In this document: one piece after another, positions 20,935-32,610 of the stretch
How the letters are laid out: every line of letters begins with the position of its first letter
How positions within the stretch are numbered: the stretch's first letter is position 1
Assembly (NCBI RefSeq): GCF_001194135.2
Contig: NC_068982.1
Location: 191,763,239-191,798,271 of the forward strand
Source: Octopus bimaculoides
Lineage: Eukaryota
Reading direction: 5' to 3'
DNA: 35,033 bases
Position numbers and translations under genes: made by a program
Notes under the pieces: model-generated
Databases searched by the model: none
What the model was told of the DNA's origin: nothing
Seen by the model: the letters and a program-made list of their open reading frames with translations, nothing else

Positions 20935-21840
20935 TGGGCACCTGGCACCTAGAATATTGTCAGGGGCCCACAGCCCCCCACCAGTCGGGCAATGGGATTG
21001 GGGGATGTCCCGCTTAAGAAATTTATAGAGGATTAGTAAAGGAGAAGTGTGACACTGGGTGCCACTGAAAATGAACTGGCTGGTCTATTCTGGAGAACTT
21101 TCTGTTCACGAACAATCATGGATAATTTCCAGATGTCCTTGACCTGGCAGTGCTACAGTGGGGTGCTGCCGGTTCAAGATAGACTCAACAATCACTGAGG
21201 TGTGCGCAGAGGGACAAAACTGTTTTGCATACACTTGTTCAGTGTCTGGAAATTGCTGATTTGTGGGGTTATGTCAAACAGCTGCTGTCACATGTGGGAT
21301 GGATCCATCTATCAGCTGATGATTGCCCCACCACCTTCCTCTAATCAGGTTGGCAAGGCAGTTTTCCTTTGGCTGGTGGCTGTGGTGAAAGAGGTTGTTT
21401 GGTGGACAAGGCATGAGGGCAGATCCATTCCTCTTTGGTAGAGGAAGTCTCATTGACTTCTTCAAGTTTCACTTGAAAAGGAAATTAAGAGCGGAGAAGG
21501 AAGTGCTGTCCTCGAGTGAGTTTATTGAAAGGTGGGTGAAAGTTGCAAAAATGGCAAGAGTGGATGGTACCTCTCTAAGTGTAGACCAGTGATTTGGAGA
21601 GGACACTTGCTCTTGATGTTTAGGGAAATCTCAGACAGTGGGGTTCCTCGATTATCCCTAGAGGCCTTCCTGTATCAGGAGGGCCACATCTCCATCATCC
21701 TCCCCTCCCACCTTTTTCTCTTTCTTAAACCTTTGTATATTATGTTTATTTCCTATGAAAGCCCCTACTACACTTTATGTCTGTCTTTGTATTGTCCCCC
21801 TCGTCCTTTACCCTTGTGGCAAATAAATGAAATCACTATT
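20935..21840 (+). mobile_element. L1/Tx1-type LINE 3' fragment with polyA signal
   Basis: ...FFKFHLKRKLRAEKEVLSSSEFIERWVKVAKMARVDGTSLSV; AATAAA at 21822-21827. Confidence 0.8.
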
Positions 21841-21869
21841 CTCATTGTGATGAAAACTCACAGCTTATT

Positions 21870-22080
21870 TTGCTGGGTATGACGGAAAGGGGGTCAGCTG
21901 TCCACAGCCAGCAGACTAAGGTGACACTTGTTTATTGGCCATGCTTCAAAACCTTGTAAAGAATTCTTGCAGTTCCAAGCAATGCTGACTTTTGGTAGGT
22001 GTTCTACCTTCACACTTGCACCACTCTTTTTCAGCCATGTTGGTAGTTGAGTGCTGATTTAATTTTCGTTCTCAAACACC
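21870..22080 (-). mobile_element. 3' end of a restriction-like-endonuclease LINE (R4/NeSL/Hero-like)
   Basis: Reverse complement reads KSALLGTARILYKVLKHGQ*, the QK.ALLGTARIL.KVL C-terminal motif of RLE-type non-LTR elements. Confidence 0.65.
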
Positions 22081-23026
22081 TTCCTAATTTTCTCCTTGTA
22101 CTCTATAGTAACTTTCCCTCTCTCCTTTCTCCTATCATCTTGCAGTACCCCTTTAGCTATTTGTATCCCTCGTTATTCTAATGATGTTGTCTTATTACTT
22201 CCATGTCTATATCCCTCTTACTCTCTTTCCATTCTTGAAGCCTTACCATTCCTCCCTTCCTGATTCTTTCATATCTACACTCTCTTCTCTTCACGACTGC
22301 AGCATGTTGTATCCACCATTTGTCAATATATTCTCTGGTCCTCCAGGCGACCAGTCAGTCCTCATCTCCATGAGACACCACCACCCCATCCGCCCTGAAC
22401 ATGTGACATATGCTTGACCAATGCAAGATGTCAACCCAGCCGGATCCTCAGTGAAGGGAACACAGTAAGCAGGGTCTAACTTGGAAAATCGAGCAATGTG
22501 GCCACTTACAGTTTCCCCGTCCATCCATGCAAAATGAAATAATCATGAACATCCTTCACAACAGCAAACCTGTTCCTGCTCCCCACATCATACCACTAAT
22601 CTTTTTGTCCTGTCTTCTCAGAGAAGATCTACCCATCCNNNNNNNNNNNNNNNNNNNNNNNNNNNNNNNNNNNNNCCCCCCCAGTCAATAGCATTGATCA
22701 GCTGCTTATAAAAGTTGTCATGGATTAAGTGATCACCATAGTAATTTGTTTAATTTATCAGGGAGGAAGCCTTGTCTACTTTTCTGAGGAGCTGTTAACA
22801 AACTTTGAAACAGTCCATCAGGAGACTTCATCCCTCTTCATGCCACATAACAATAGCATAGAAAGAAGTGTTTGCATTCCTATTTAATACACAAGAAGGC
22901 TTTGTAATGTTTTAATTTATTTCATTTCCTCTGACTTACACTGCATTGCACATTGATTATATACACACACACACACATATATATATGTATGTATGTATAT
23001 GTGTTTCAGAATTTCCGGTAGTGACG

Positions 23027-23148
23027 ATGTCTGTGTTGCCGCAAAGACGAGCTGGTGCTGATGCTCCTCCGTATACATTCTCCAGTCAACCCCGGGTGGT
23101 ATCTCATCGCAAGAAATACAAGGAGAAGCCACTGGCACCAGCAGCTGA
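23027..23148 (+). CDS. RSPH3: RSPH3 coding exon 1 (exon starts at acceptor 23010)
   Basis: tgtttcAG acceptor at 23008-23009. ATG 23027 gives MSVLPQRRAGADAPPYTFSSQPRVVSHRKKYKEKPLAPAAE, similar to human TYTYTSRPRAL...RYRD. GTAAGT donor, phase 2. Confidence 0.85.
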
Positions 23149-24039
23149 GTAAGTACATACCAGTAATTATCCAGGGGATAAGATTTGACTGCATTCATGT
23201 ACATGTATATACTCACACCCAGAGACACGCATATAAACACACGCACATGTACATATGCACACATGTACATATACACAGCCACACACACTTTCATATGTGT
23301 ATTCTTTTGGTTATTTTCCTATGTACAAGGCAATGGACTACCACCACCACCACCACCACTACCATCTCACCATCACCACCCCCACCTCATCACTTGGTAT
23401 AAACTGCATCATAAAGAAATTATACGAAGATGTATTAAAATTCTAGAGTTGGGTGCAAGTTCCAAACCAAGCTATGATTGGTGGCACGACTCCTCCATGT
23501 GGTGGATTCTCATGTGTTTTGTATTACAGAAGGATTGAAAGACATGACTGATGGCCCTTTTCTTAAGTGAACAGCAAGGAGGGCATAGCCTGAATGTTTT
23601 TTTCTACAGAGAGGGCTGTGGAGAAGCTTCCACCCTAAACCCAGGGTGCAGTGGTCTTAGATTTGGTCTTGACTGAATATATCTACCCACCCTACAACAG
23701 CAATGGGTTCTTCCATCTAACAAATTCCATTCATTTGGCTTTGATCAACATGGGGCTGTGCTTAAGGTGCCACACTATTAGATTAAAACCCAAATCATGC
23801 AATTACAAAGTGAAAGAGTTAACCACACAGCCATATTTGCTGAACTTGATAAAGGACTTCCATAATATAGTTCCTCAATGTGTGTGTTGGCTCCATAAAC
23901 TCTGTGTATGTTCGTATATGCCTCTTCTATATATGTGATCATGACTACAGCTATACAACACTAATTGTGTGTGTTTCTTTTACATCTCAATGTTTGGGGA
24001 TATCACTCCCTGACTCTTAATCACTCGGAGGCCTGTACT

Positions 24040-24310
24040 CTACTCTCCTCAATTGTTTTCACTGTCTCTTTAGTTGTGAACAGACATTGACACCTTCTCA
24101 GCCCCCCCCCCCACCTTCCCCACCCTACTCTCGACCCAGTTGAACATCCAGGGAAGAGACGGCTGCATCCGGTCCCTGGTTGGTACTCATTTACAGCTGA
24201 GTAGACTGCAGCAATAAGCTGTTTTACTGAAAACCACAACACACCATCCTGCCCAGGAACTAAATGCTTAACCTTACAACCAAGAGCCGAACACTTTAAC
24301 CACCGGACCT
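24040..24310 (-). mobile_element. Old tRNA-derived SINE remnant (family D-like)
   Basis: GGTACTCATTTACAGCTGAGTAGACTG...GAGCCGAACACTTTAACCAC resembles the 25008-25300 element. Confidence 0.5.
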
Positions 24311-24376
24311 CCTCCTACTTTTTTCCACTTTGATGAATGATGTGTTTATAATTGTTTTGTTTCTCTGTCTCACAAG

Positions 24377-24458
24377 GGAGGTACCTATGTACAGCAATAT
24401 TATGTACGACCGACGAGTGGTACGCGGAAACACATATGCACTTAGTACTATACCTGCT
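24377..24458 (+). CDS. RSPH3: RSPH3 coding exon 2
   Basis: EVPMYSNIMYDRRVVRGNTYALSTIPA carries the hallmark RSP3 NIMYDRRV.RGNTYA motif. Phase 2/0, GTAAGT donor. Confidence 0.95.
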
Positions 24459-24480
24459 GTAAGTATATATATATGTACCC

Positions 24481-24800
24481 TTTTACTCTTTTACTTGTTT
24501 CAGTCATTTGGCTGTGGCCATGCTGGAGCACCGCCTTTAGTCGAGCTAATCGACCCCAGGACTTATTCCTTGTAAGCCTAATACTTATTCTATCGGTCAC
24601 TTTTGCCGAACCGCTAAGTTACGGGGATATAAACACACCAGCATCGGTTGTCANNNNNNNNNNTACCTAATCCACTCAGAAGGCTTTGGTCGGCCCGAAG
24701 CTATAGAAGAAGACAGTTGCCCAAGGTGCCAGGCAGTGGGACTGAACCCGAAACCATGTGGTTGGTAAGCAAGCTACTTACCACACAGCCACTCCTATGC
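24481..24800 (-). mobile_element. tRNA-derived SINE (family A), interrupted by a 10-N gap
   Basis: TTGTTTCAGTCATTTGGCTGTGGCCATGCTGGAGCACCGCC...GGGACTGAACCCGAAACCATGTGG...ACCACACAGCC. Confidence 0.9.
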
Positions 24801-25007
24801 CTAGTCACCACTCGAGTTATCTCCCTTTACATGATTGTTGCCAATTAATCCTTTAGCATTTTAGCCAAGCATATCCAGCCCGATTATTTTATCTGTTTTA
24901 TTTTCAAACCAGCCTGATTTGGCCCCTCACACCTACCCTACAATGTTGTTCTAATAATAAACAATCACACGCATCATGATTAATTCAAAACAATGTAAAT
25001 ATATACT

Positions 25008-25305
25008 CGTTGGCACTCCGTCGATTATGATAATGGAGGTTCCTGTTGCTTTGATTCACAGAACAGCTTGCTCGTGAAATCAATGTGGCTGAGTACTCCA
25101 CAAGCACATATACCATTAATGTAGTTCTCAGGGCGATTCAGCATGACAAAGGATGTCACAAGGTTGGCCCTTTTTCAATTACAGGTACAACTCATTTTTA
25201 CCAGTTGAGTGGACTGGAGGGGGAGGTGAAATAAAGTGTCTTGCTCAAGGACACAACATGCTGCTAGGTATTGAACTCATGAACTTACGATTGTGAGGAG
25301 CCAAA
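25008..25305 (-). mobile_element. tRNA-derived SINE with GTGTCCTTGAGCAAGACACTT motif (family D)
   Basis: Reverse complement has a tRNA-like head (B-box GAGTTCAATAC) followed by TTGTGTCCTTGAGCAAGACACTTTATTTCAC, a motif shared by CORE/V/Deu/Meta-type SINE superfamilies. Confidence 0.7.
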
Positions 25306-25619
25306 TACCCACACACACATTAGAGAGAGTGATGTGAATGCTAAAGAGTTAACTCTTAATTAAGAAATATTATTGATTGATTATTGATTGTTGTTATGAA
25401 TCTTTGTTTGTTTATTTTATATCTCACTTTGCCAAACCATTGTGTCATCGGTCACAGGTTTAGCTGAGGTTCACTGTTATTGGATCCCTGTACTTAGGGC
25501 AGTCAGAGGAACAAGGGATTGTCTTTGCAACTTGGATGAAACAAATACTATAAGGGACTTCATTCGAAAGCATTTGTTAAAAGCAAACATATATAAAGCA
25601 AATGCATACATATACACAC

Positions 25620-25835
25620 TCATGACAGATACTGGTGTCACACAAATGGCACCCTTGCCAGTGGCACGTAAAAGCACCCATTACACTCTCAGAGTGGTTG
25701 GCATTAGGAAGGGCATCCAGCCATAGAAAACCATGCCAAATCAGATTGGAGTCTGGTGCAGCCTTCCAGCCTTGCCAGCCCTCGTCAAACCGTCCAACTC
25801 ATGCCAGCATGGACAACAGATATTAGATGATGATG
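25620..25835 (+). mobile_element. RTE-related 3' tail repeat (family C)
   Basis: GAGTGGTTGGCATTAGGAAGGGCATCCAGCC...CATGCCAGCATGG...(GAT)n. Confidence 0.85.
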
Positions 25836-26629
25836 ATGAATGATACACACATACATTTACATATATACACACATGTGTCTTTTAAATTCGTTTATGGTAA
25901 TGCTAACGATATGCAAATAAAGCTCTTATTTCCTTATGCCAGCTCCCAACTAATGCTGCTGACCAGGGAGTCAGATTGTTCAGGGTTGCATCATGGTTAC
26001 ACCGATATAATGTGGGATCCAAAATATAATAACAACAATAATTCTAGGATGGAAATTATAAATATTTAATACATCCCTACACACTTTTCCACAAATCCCA
26101 TGATTTTGACATCAGAGTCAGTCTCCTTGGGGTTAGTAGAGTATAGTCTGTATTATCCGTGGGTATTCGGTTGATCATCATCATTGATTCATTTCATCAG
26201 GCGATACTGTATTATTGGATGAATACACATATGTATACATATACACATAGAAGATGGAAAAACAGCTGATGTGAGATGAAAGTCTCCAGAAGTTGTTCAA
26301 GGAAAGAGAGATATGGTCGTTTCAGTTTTGTGGTGTTGGGAATGGAAGTGTGAGTTTGAGAGGATGTTATTGTTGCTGCAAACAAGAAAATAAAATACAG
26401 CATTGAAACAGTGGATTATGGATGGTTCCACTAAATGTAGCCCCAGGCATGGCTGTGCAATTAAGAAGACTGTCTTGCCCATGTCTTCTAGCATAGTCTC
26501 AAACTGATTAATGCCTGGCACTGGAAATTGGTTGGTGAAAACAACAACAGTAAATGATAGTGCTTAATTAAAAAACTCTTTGGATAGGAAAAAAATCAAC
26601 TTTTCTATCCAAAGAGTTTTTAAACCCAA

Positions 26630-26762
26630 TATTCACTGCAGAAACCATCTGAAATCAGACTGGAGTCTGGTGCAGCTTCCCAGTCCACCAGCTCTGGTCA
26701 CACTGTCCAACCCATGCCAGCATGGACAACAGATGTTAAATGATGATGATGATGATGATGAT
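26630..26762 (+). mobile_element. RTE-related 3' tail repeat (family C)
   Basis: CAGACTGGAGTCTGGTGCAGC...CCAACCCATGCCAGCATGG...(GAT)n. Confidence 0.8.
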
Positions 26763-26886
26763 TCGCATGCTGTTGTTCATAGCTTTATCTTGCTTCAAGT
26801 TTCACCGTTAAAAGTTTCACCATTCTCTTGAAGTTTTTAAATTCTTGTGATGTAAACAATATGATATTTTTTAAACATTTTTTTAG

Positions 26887-27174
26887 CAAGCTCAACCAGA
26901 TCCTTTAGAGGCCCAACGTCGGCAAGAAGCTAAGCGAAGAGCTAATGCAAGAAGACGTGCTAAGGAACAGTTTGAGAGGCTAACCCCAGAACCAGTCCCC
27001 GGTAGAAAACACATTGATGTTCAAACTGAGCTTTATCTTGAAGAAATCTCTGACCGTGTTGAAGAGGCTGATGTTGACATTCAAACCGATTACTTTCTAG
27101 ATCGTCCCCCAACACCTTTATATGTCCCGGCCAAAACTGGAATTGATGCTGCAACACAGATACTTGATGGAGAG
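26887..27174 (+). CDS. RSPH3: RSPH3 coding exon 3
   Basis: ttttAG acceptor, GTATGT donor, 288 nt phase 0/0. QAQPDPLEAQRRQEAKRR...TPEPVPGRKHIDVQTELYLEEISDRVEEADVDIQTDYFLDRPPTPLYVPAKTGIDAATQILDGE is the RSP3 domain. Confidence 0.97.
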
Positions 27175-27260
27175 GTATGTCTTATCTTTCAACAAATACT
27201 TCAATGGCTCCATTTATTTGTTATTAGAGATTGGTCGGTTGGCACCAAAGCTCAGTAGAG

Positions 27261-27703
27261 CAGTGGTTCTCAACCATTTTTTGCCTGGGGACCCCTTTGG
27301 TTCCTATTTTACTCGACTGGGCCCTCATAGCCATTCAATGTTTTAAAAATTCCTATCATATTTTTTATGATTAAATATTAATAAGAAATTGTTAAAGTAT
27401 TTTAGGGATTGCAGGAAATTCAACCATTTTAGGAAATTACTGTTTTTTAAATCTCATCACAACAAGAGAGATATTCAGCAACAGTACTCTTGGAGTAAAG
27501 ATTGTGTTGCCAACATAACATGGCAGTCCTGGTTTTGGACGAATGTTGCTGTAATTTAGCCCCAGGAGACATCGTCTCCAGCTGGCTATACGACACGATC
27601 TGTGTCCTTATATTTTCGAACAATTCATTACAAATAAATTTTAATAACAAAATCTTCTAGGCACCCTGCCAAGAGTCATATGGACCCCGATTGAGAACAG
27701 CTG
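27261..27703. mobile_element. hAT-type non-autonomous DNA element (MITE)
   Basis: Imperfect TIRs CAGTGGTTCTCAACC (27261) and GATTGAGAACAGCTG (ends 27703), typical of hAT/Charlie-like MITEs. No clean 8-bp TSD. Confidence 0.7.
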
Positions 27704-27789
27704 AATGAGTAGAGCATCAATAATTGTTAGAGTGGCAGAGAAAATAGGCCAGCCCTGCCATGCCTTGATTTATATTATACAAGTGCTTC

Positions 27790-27955
27790 TCTGAGTGGTT
27801 GGCGTCAGGAAGGGCATCCAGCTGTAGAAACTCTGCCAGATCAGACTGGAGCCTGGTGTTGCCATCCGGTTGCACCAGTCCTCAGTCAAATCGTCCAACC
27901 CATGCTAGCATGGAAAGCGGACGTTAAACGATGATGATGATGATGATGATGATGA
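27790..27955 (+). mobile_element. RTE-related 3' tail repeat (family C), young copy
   Basis: GAGTGGTTGGCGTCAGGAAGGGCATCCAGCTGTAG...CATGCTAGCATGGAAAGCGGACGTTAAAC(GAT)n. Confidence 0.9.
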
Positions 27956-28139
27956 AGTGCTAAAACCTTACACCCAGAGATTAAGTGGTTGACTGTTTCA
28001 ATCCTACCGCTGCACTATCAGCACTTTGGGTCGACTCCATTTTCCATCACATTGGCTTGATAGTTCTGGGTCAATAAGCTCTGATCTTGTTTAACTTTGT
28101 GGACTTCATTTTTGTTTATGCATCTCTTCAAGTGATAAT

Positions 28140-28330
28140 CCTGCAGGATGGTTAGCATGCTGGGCAAAATGCATTGTGGAGTTTTATTTGTCTTTATGTT
28201 CTGAATTCAAATTCCACTGAGGTTGACTTGCCTTTCATCCTTTTGGGGTCGATAAATTAAGTACCAGTTGCGTACTGGAGTTGATGCAATTCCCTTACCC
28301 CCAGCTCCCCAAAAGTTGCTGGCCTTGAGC
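28140..28330 (+). mobile_element. tRNA-derived SINE (family B)
   Basis: TTCTGAATTCAAATTCCACTGAGGTTGACTTGCCTTTCATCC...AAGTACCAGTTGCGTACTGG. Confidence 0.8.
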
Positions 28331-28402
28331 CAAAAATCGAACTCCTTATTTCCATATGTTGTTAATATCTCTACGTCTGTTGCTTTTATTTCTCGTGGCC
28401 AG

Positions 28403-28606
28403 TTATTTGATTTCAGTATCGAAGTGCAACCAATATTGGAAGTGCTGGTTGGGAAAACAGTTGAACAGTCTTTGATTGAAGTATTAGAAGAGGAAGAATT
28501 GGCTAATTTGAGGAAGCAGCAGCGCCAGTATATTGAGTTGCGTAACGCTGAACTTGCAGAACAACAACGACTGGAAGAGCAAAACAGGAGAAAAGTGGAA
28601 GAAAAG
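28403..28606 (+). CDS. RSPH3: RSPH3 coding exon 4 (AKAP amphipathic helix, start of coiled coil)
   Basis: ccAG acceptor, GTAAAC donor, 204 nt phase 0/0. LFDFSIEVQPILEVLVGKTVEQSLIEVLEEEELANLRKQQ... Confidence 0.97.
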
Positions 28607-29069
28607 GTAAACCTTGTTCATTGTTATCAAACTTATTTATTGTTATCAAGGAAATGTAGGGACGTTTAGGTGTAGAATGGGATGTTTTGTCTTGTCTTGT
28701 TGGTCTGGAGGAAGGGGTTGTGCCCATGGGCTTGTCAGGGTCTCTGAGACTGCTGAGACTGATGTGCCACTTGGAGGGAATTTCCAGATGACTGATATTC
28801 TGGTGAAGAATGATTGGGGAAATGCTTAGTGTGAGGCTAGGACATAATATGGGTAATGAAGTGAAGTGCAGGGGTTGCCAGAGAACCTCACTATAGCAAG
28901 ACATCTCTATTACACTTTAACATCCCCAAACGACAAAGAGGTATAAAGCCACCTCTTCCCACACGTCAAACACTTCACACCCAACTGAACTGAGTGAGTG
29001 GGTGGGTGGGGGAGGGGTGCTTTTTGCCTTTCCTTTCCTTTTCTTGGAAGTTACTTGGCAACCTCATAT

Positions 29070-29250
29070 GTGCCAATGGTACAGCAAAAGCACCCGGGAC
29101 ACACTGTCAAGTAGTTGACATCAAGAAGGGTGCCTGACCATAGAAACCATGCAAAAGCTGGCATTGAAACCAGGTTCCTTCAAACTGTCCAAATGACCAT
29201 ACCAGCATGGAAAACAGACATTAATTGGTGATGGTGATGATGATGATGAC
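29070..29250 (+). mobile_element. RTE-related 3' tail repeat (family C), decayed
   Basis: GGTACAGCAAAAGCACC...CCATAGAAACC...CCAGCATGGAAAACAGACATTAA(GAT)n. Confidence 0.65.
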
Positions 29251-29417
29251 TAGGAGGAGGAGGAGGAGGAACAGAGGAAGCAGAGTAGGATGATGAAGTT
29301 AATTAAACATGGTATCAGGAATGAGGAGAATTTGGTCAGTGAAGACTCTTGGACTTTTGGCTGGAAGAGCTTTCATCTTAGATTTACTTCTTAATCGGTC
29401 AAGGATGACTCAGGGCC

Positions 29418-29455
<38 letters not shown>
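29418..29455. repeat. (AAC)n microsatellite
   Basis: About 12 perfect AAC units. Confidence 0.95.
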
Positions 29456-29499
29456 GATCTATAAAAGCCTAAATCCTCCATTTGTGATGGAATTCTAGA

Positions 29500-30130
29500 A
29501 ATTTCATTATCTTTTGCTGTGAGGCAGGACTGTCTGAGACACACTCAGAACAATGGAACCGTTCTGCACACATTCATGCAGGGTCCAAATATTGCTGACT
29601 TGTGTGCCATGTGTGGAACAAATCTGACTATTGGCCGAATCCATTGTGAAGACTGCTCCACTGCCCACCACAAGAGGCAAAAGAGGTTATGTGGTGGACG
29701 AAGCTGAAAGAATTGAGGAAAAACACATTCCTCGTTGGTCAAGCTCTCATCAACTTTTTAAAGTTTCATTCAAAAAGGAAAGTGAGGGAAGAGAGAGAAG
29801 TGCTGCCTCCCACCGACTTTGTGAAAAGATGGGTGACTTTGGTGAAAACTGTTAGAGGGAATGGCCCTACTCTAAGCGCTTGTAGATTGGAGAACAGGAG
29901 AGAGGGCTTGTGACTTTGGTAGTCAGGGGGATTCTGGATTTGTGGGGTTCCTTGTTTGACCCTTGTTGGAGTTTCTCCTGTATCAGGGGGATTGCATCAC
30001 TCATATTATTACAAACTTCGTAGACTTGTATCACATTTCACTGTCTTTTCCATTTCTTTTTCCCTTTCTGTAAATCCTCATACAAATTGTTGCCTGTCCT
30101 TGTGATGTCCCCTCAACAATGTGCCTGTGG
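29500..30130 (+). mobile_element. L1/Tx1-type LINE 3' fragment
   Basis: MWWTKLKELRKNTFLVGQALINFLKFHSKRKVREEREVLPPTDFVKRWVTLVKTVRGNGPTLSACRL; near-identical to 20370-20725. Confidence 0.85.
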
Positions 30131-30215
30131 ATAATTTTAAAAAATCACCATCATCATCATCATCACCATTTATTTATATATTTTTGAATTTTTCATTTTT
30201 TTCCCCCGAAAACAG

Positions 30216-30378
30216 GAAATGAGAATGTTACAACAAGTTGCTGTTATGAGGAGAGAGAAAGAAACTGCTGAGAAGATTTCTGCCATGGCTTTTGCTCAGA
30301 GTTACCTGAGGGATCTTGTACCCACAGTCTTTGCAATACTTTCAGATAATGGTTATTTCTATGACCCAGTTGAAAAAG
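30216..30378 (+). CDS. RSPH3: RSPH3 coding exon 5
   Basis: aacAG acceptor, GTCAGT donor, 163 nt phase 0/1. EMRMLQQVAVMRREKETAEKISAMAFAQSYLRDLVPTVFAILSDNGYFYDPVEK. Confidence 0.95.
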
Positions 30379-30599
30379 GTCAGTCAGCCTGTTTCCATTT
30401 AATCGTTTTTATGATAGTAAGAATAACAAGAGAGAGTCTGTGTATTATGGCATAACAAAAATATCACATGGAGTTTATCAGTTCAAAAGTATCAAACGAG
30501 TTATTTGATTTCTCACTCATCTTTTGCCAAAATATAAAACCTACACGCAATATAAACCTGTAGCAAAAGGAACAAGACACTTGGAGAAATTCACTCTTT

Positions 30600-31910
30600 T
30601 ACCTGCTCCTGCAGTTCTTGTAACATGGTGAAGGATGCCTCAATCCATTGCACAGTCTGTGAGCCTTCCAACCTCACAAACTGCCACTAATCCTTTTGGT
30701 CCCTTGCCAAGAGAGTCTTTTTCAATTTTGTGGATTCTTCCTTTTCTTCGTTTCTCAAACAAAATGGTTCTGGAAGCAGTTTTCTCTCTGACAAACCCTC
30801 CACATTACTTTCACCCAAAAACCTAAATCTTCTCCAAAACTTTCTATTCTGCTAGATTCACCACTACAAACACCTCTTGTCACTTCAAATATAAAGGGCC
30901 ACTAGCCCCTTGTATTACCTTCAACTAATAGACCCAATGCCATCCCTGTCCTTGCTAAACTCTTCAATTTGTCTGTCTGTCTGTCTTATCCACAGAATGT
31001 AGCTTTACTGACCCTCATTACTCTCGTATTCCCAAAGATGACAGAAGCAACCATTTACAATAATTTTATCCATTACTTTGAATCTCTCCCCTCCCACCTA
31101 GTGACCACCACTACTGGTTTTATTAAGCCAGGTCCACTACAGACCTACTCTAGTGGGCACTTGCTAAAAGCAATGCCATTATCCTCAACAATTCTAAAAC
31201 TTTTTAGCATTCCCAGCATGCAAATCTCCAGTGAAACTGCCCACAATGCACTGCATTCATCCCTTAGATCAATGGCTTCCTGTTAGATTGCATCACCTCA
31301 ACATGGGTTTCTGGTGTTCCCTTTAACCCCCACACTCTATCAATCCTGTCGCTCTTCACAATTCAGTGTTGACTACACCCCCGCATCAAAACCTTACTTG
31401 ATGTCACCTCCAAAAATGATCACCCCTATGTAGATGATTCCATTCCTGATTCCTTCCTCACCTTCAGCACCCCTTGGCCATCCACATTCCACCTTAGACC
31501 CTGATACCAAACCTAAACAGACTCCCTAAACAGAGCCCTATAATGTGGTTGAATCAGTCTTGTCTTCTTCAATAGGAAAAAGACACAATCGTTTTTGGAC
31601 CCAACTCCACAAAACTTCAGCTGAGACTCTAAAGATCATGATGAATGTTTGGATTTTATTGTTATGGAGAATTTCTCCTGAAATACAACTTCATCGTAGT
31701 TAAGATTGTATTTCTAAGACTGACCCTCAGGTGGGACCCTGCTTGGCATACTGTCTTTATTTGGAGAACATTGCTGCTGCTACCCTTGCAGACATTCTTG
31801 ATCGCAGCCAAAGACAGGTCACTCAACTGTCTGACACGACTCACCAACACACTTCAATATGTGGGCCACAGACATTCTGTGTCCTCTCTCTGTCTTTTCT
31901 ATCACTAATA
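30600..31910 (+). mobile_element. Heavily decayed CR1/L2-group LINE RT region
   Basis: Scattered motifs FWSLAKRV..NF..SSF, GF.KARSTTDLL-like, GVP-like and HPYVDDS (YADD-like), with many stops. Confidence 0.55.
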
Positions 31911-31914
31911 CGTA

Positions 31915-31967
31915 GTGTGTGTGTGTGTATATATATGTGTATATATATATATGTATATGTATGTATA

Positions 31968-32015
<48 letters not shown>
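31915..32015. repeat. (GT)n/(AT)n microsatellite
   Basis: Long AT dinucleotide run. Confidence 0.95.
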
Positions 32016-32018
<3 letters not shown>

Positions 32019-32610
32019 TCATCGTCGTTGTCATTGTTGTTTAATGTCCACTTCCATGCTGGCATGGGTTGGACGGTTTGACTGAGAACTGATGAGCCAA
32101 GGAGCTGTACCAGGCCCCAATCTGATCTGGCAAGTTTTTACAGCTGGATGCTCTTCCTAATGCCAACCACTCTGAGGGTGTAGTGGGTACTTTTTACGTG
32201 CCACTGGCAAGAGGGTCTATGAGGTGGTAGTGGCATCGACCACACTTGATTGATGCTTTTTACGTGCCACCGGCACAGGAGCCAGTCAGGTGGCACTGGC
32301 AACAACCACACTTGAATGGTGCTTTTTACATGCCACTGGTATGGGTGCCAGTCACGCAGTACTAGCATTGGCCATGGCAATAACTTCACTTTACTTATCA
32401 GGTATAGTTTATTGTCCAATGATTGAAGGCTACTCTTAAATGGGCCGGTTATGCTGCACTGGCATAGGCCACGGTTATGGTCTCATTTGGCTTGCTGGAT
32501 CTTCTCAAGCGCAGTACATCTCCAAAGGTCTTGGTCACTTGTCATTGCCTCAGTGAGGCCCAACGTTCGAAGGTCGTGCTTCACCACTTAATCCCAGGTC
32601 TTCCTGGGTC
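32016..32610 (-). mobile_element. RTE-type LINE 3' end (ORF C-terminus, 3'UTR with three 66-bp repeats, (GAT)n tail); long member of family C
   Basis: Reverse complement reads RPRKTWD*VVKHDLRTLGLTEAMTSDQDLWR...*. TTTTTACGTGCCAC units start at 32191, 32257 and 32323. The tail matches family C copies. Confidence 0.85.

Noticed and set aside
26960-28904. Minus-strand ORFs 26960-27157 and 28503-28904
   Set aside because: Antisense shadows of RSPH3 exons and adjacent repeats.
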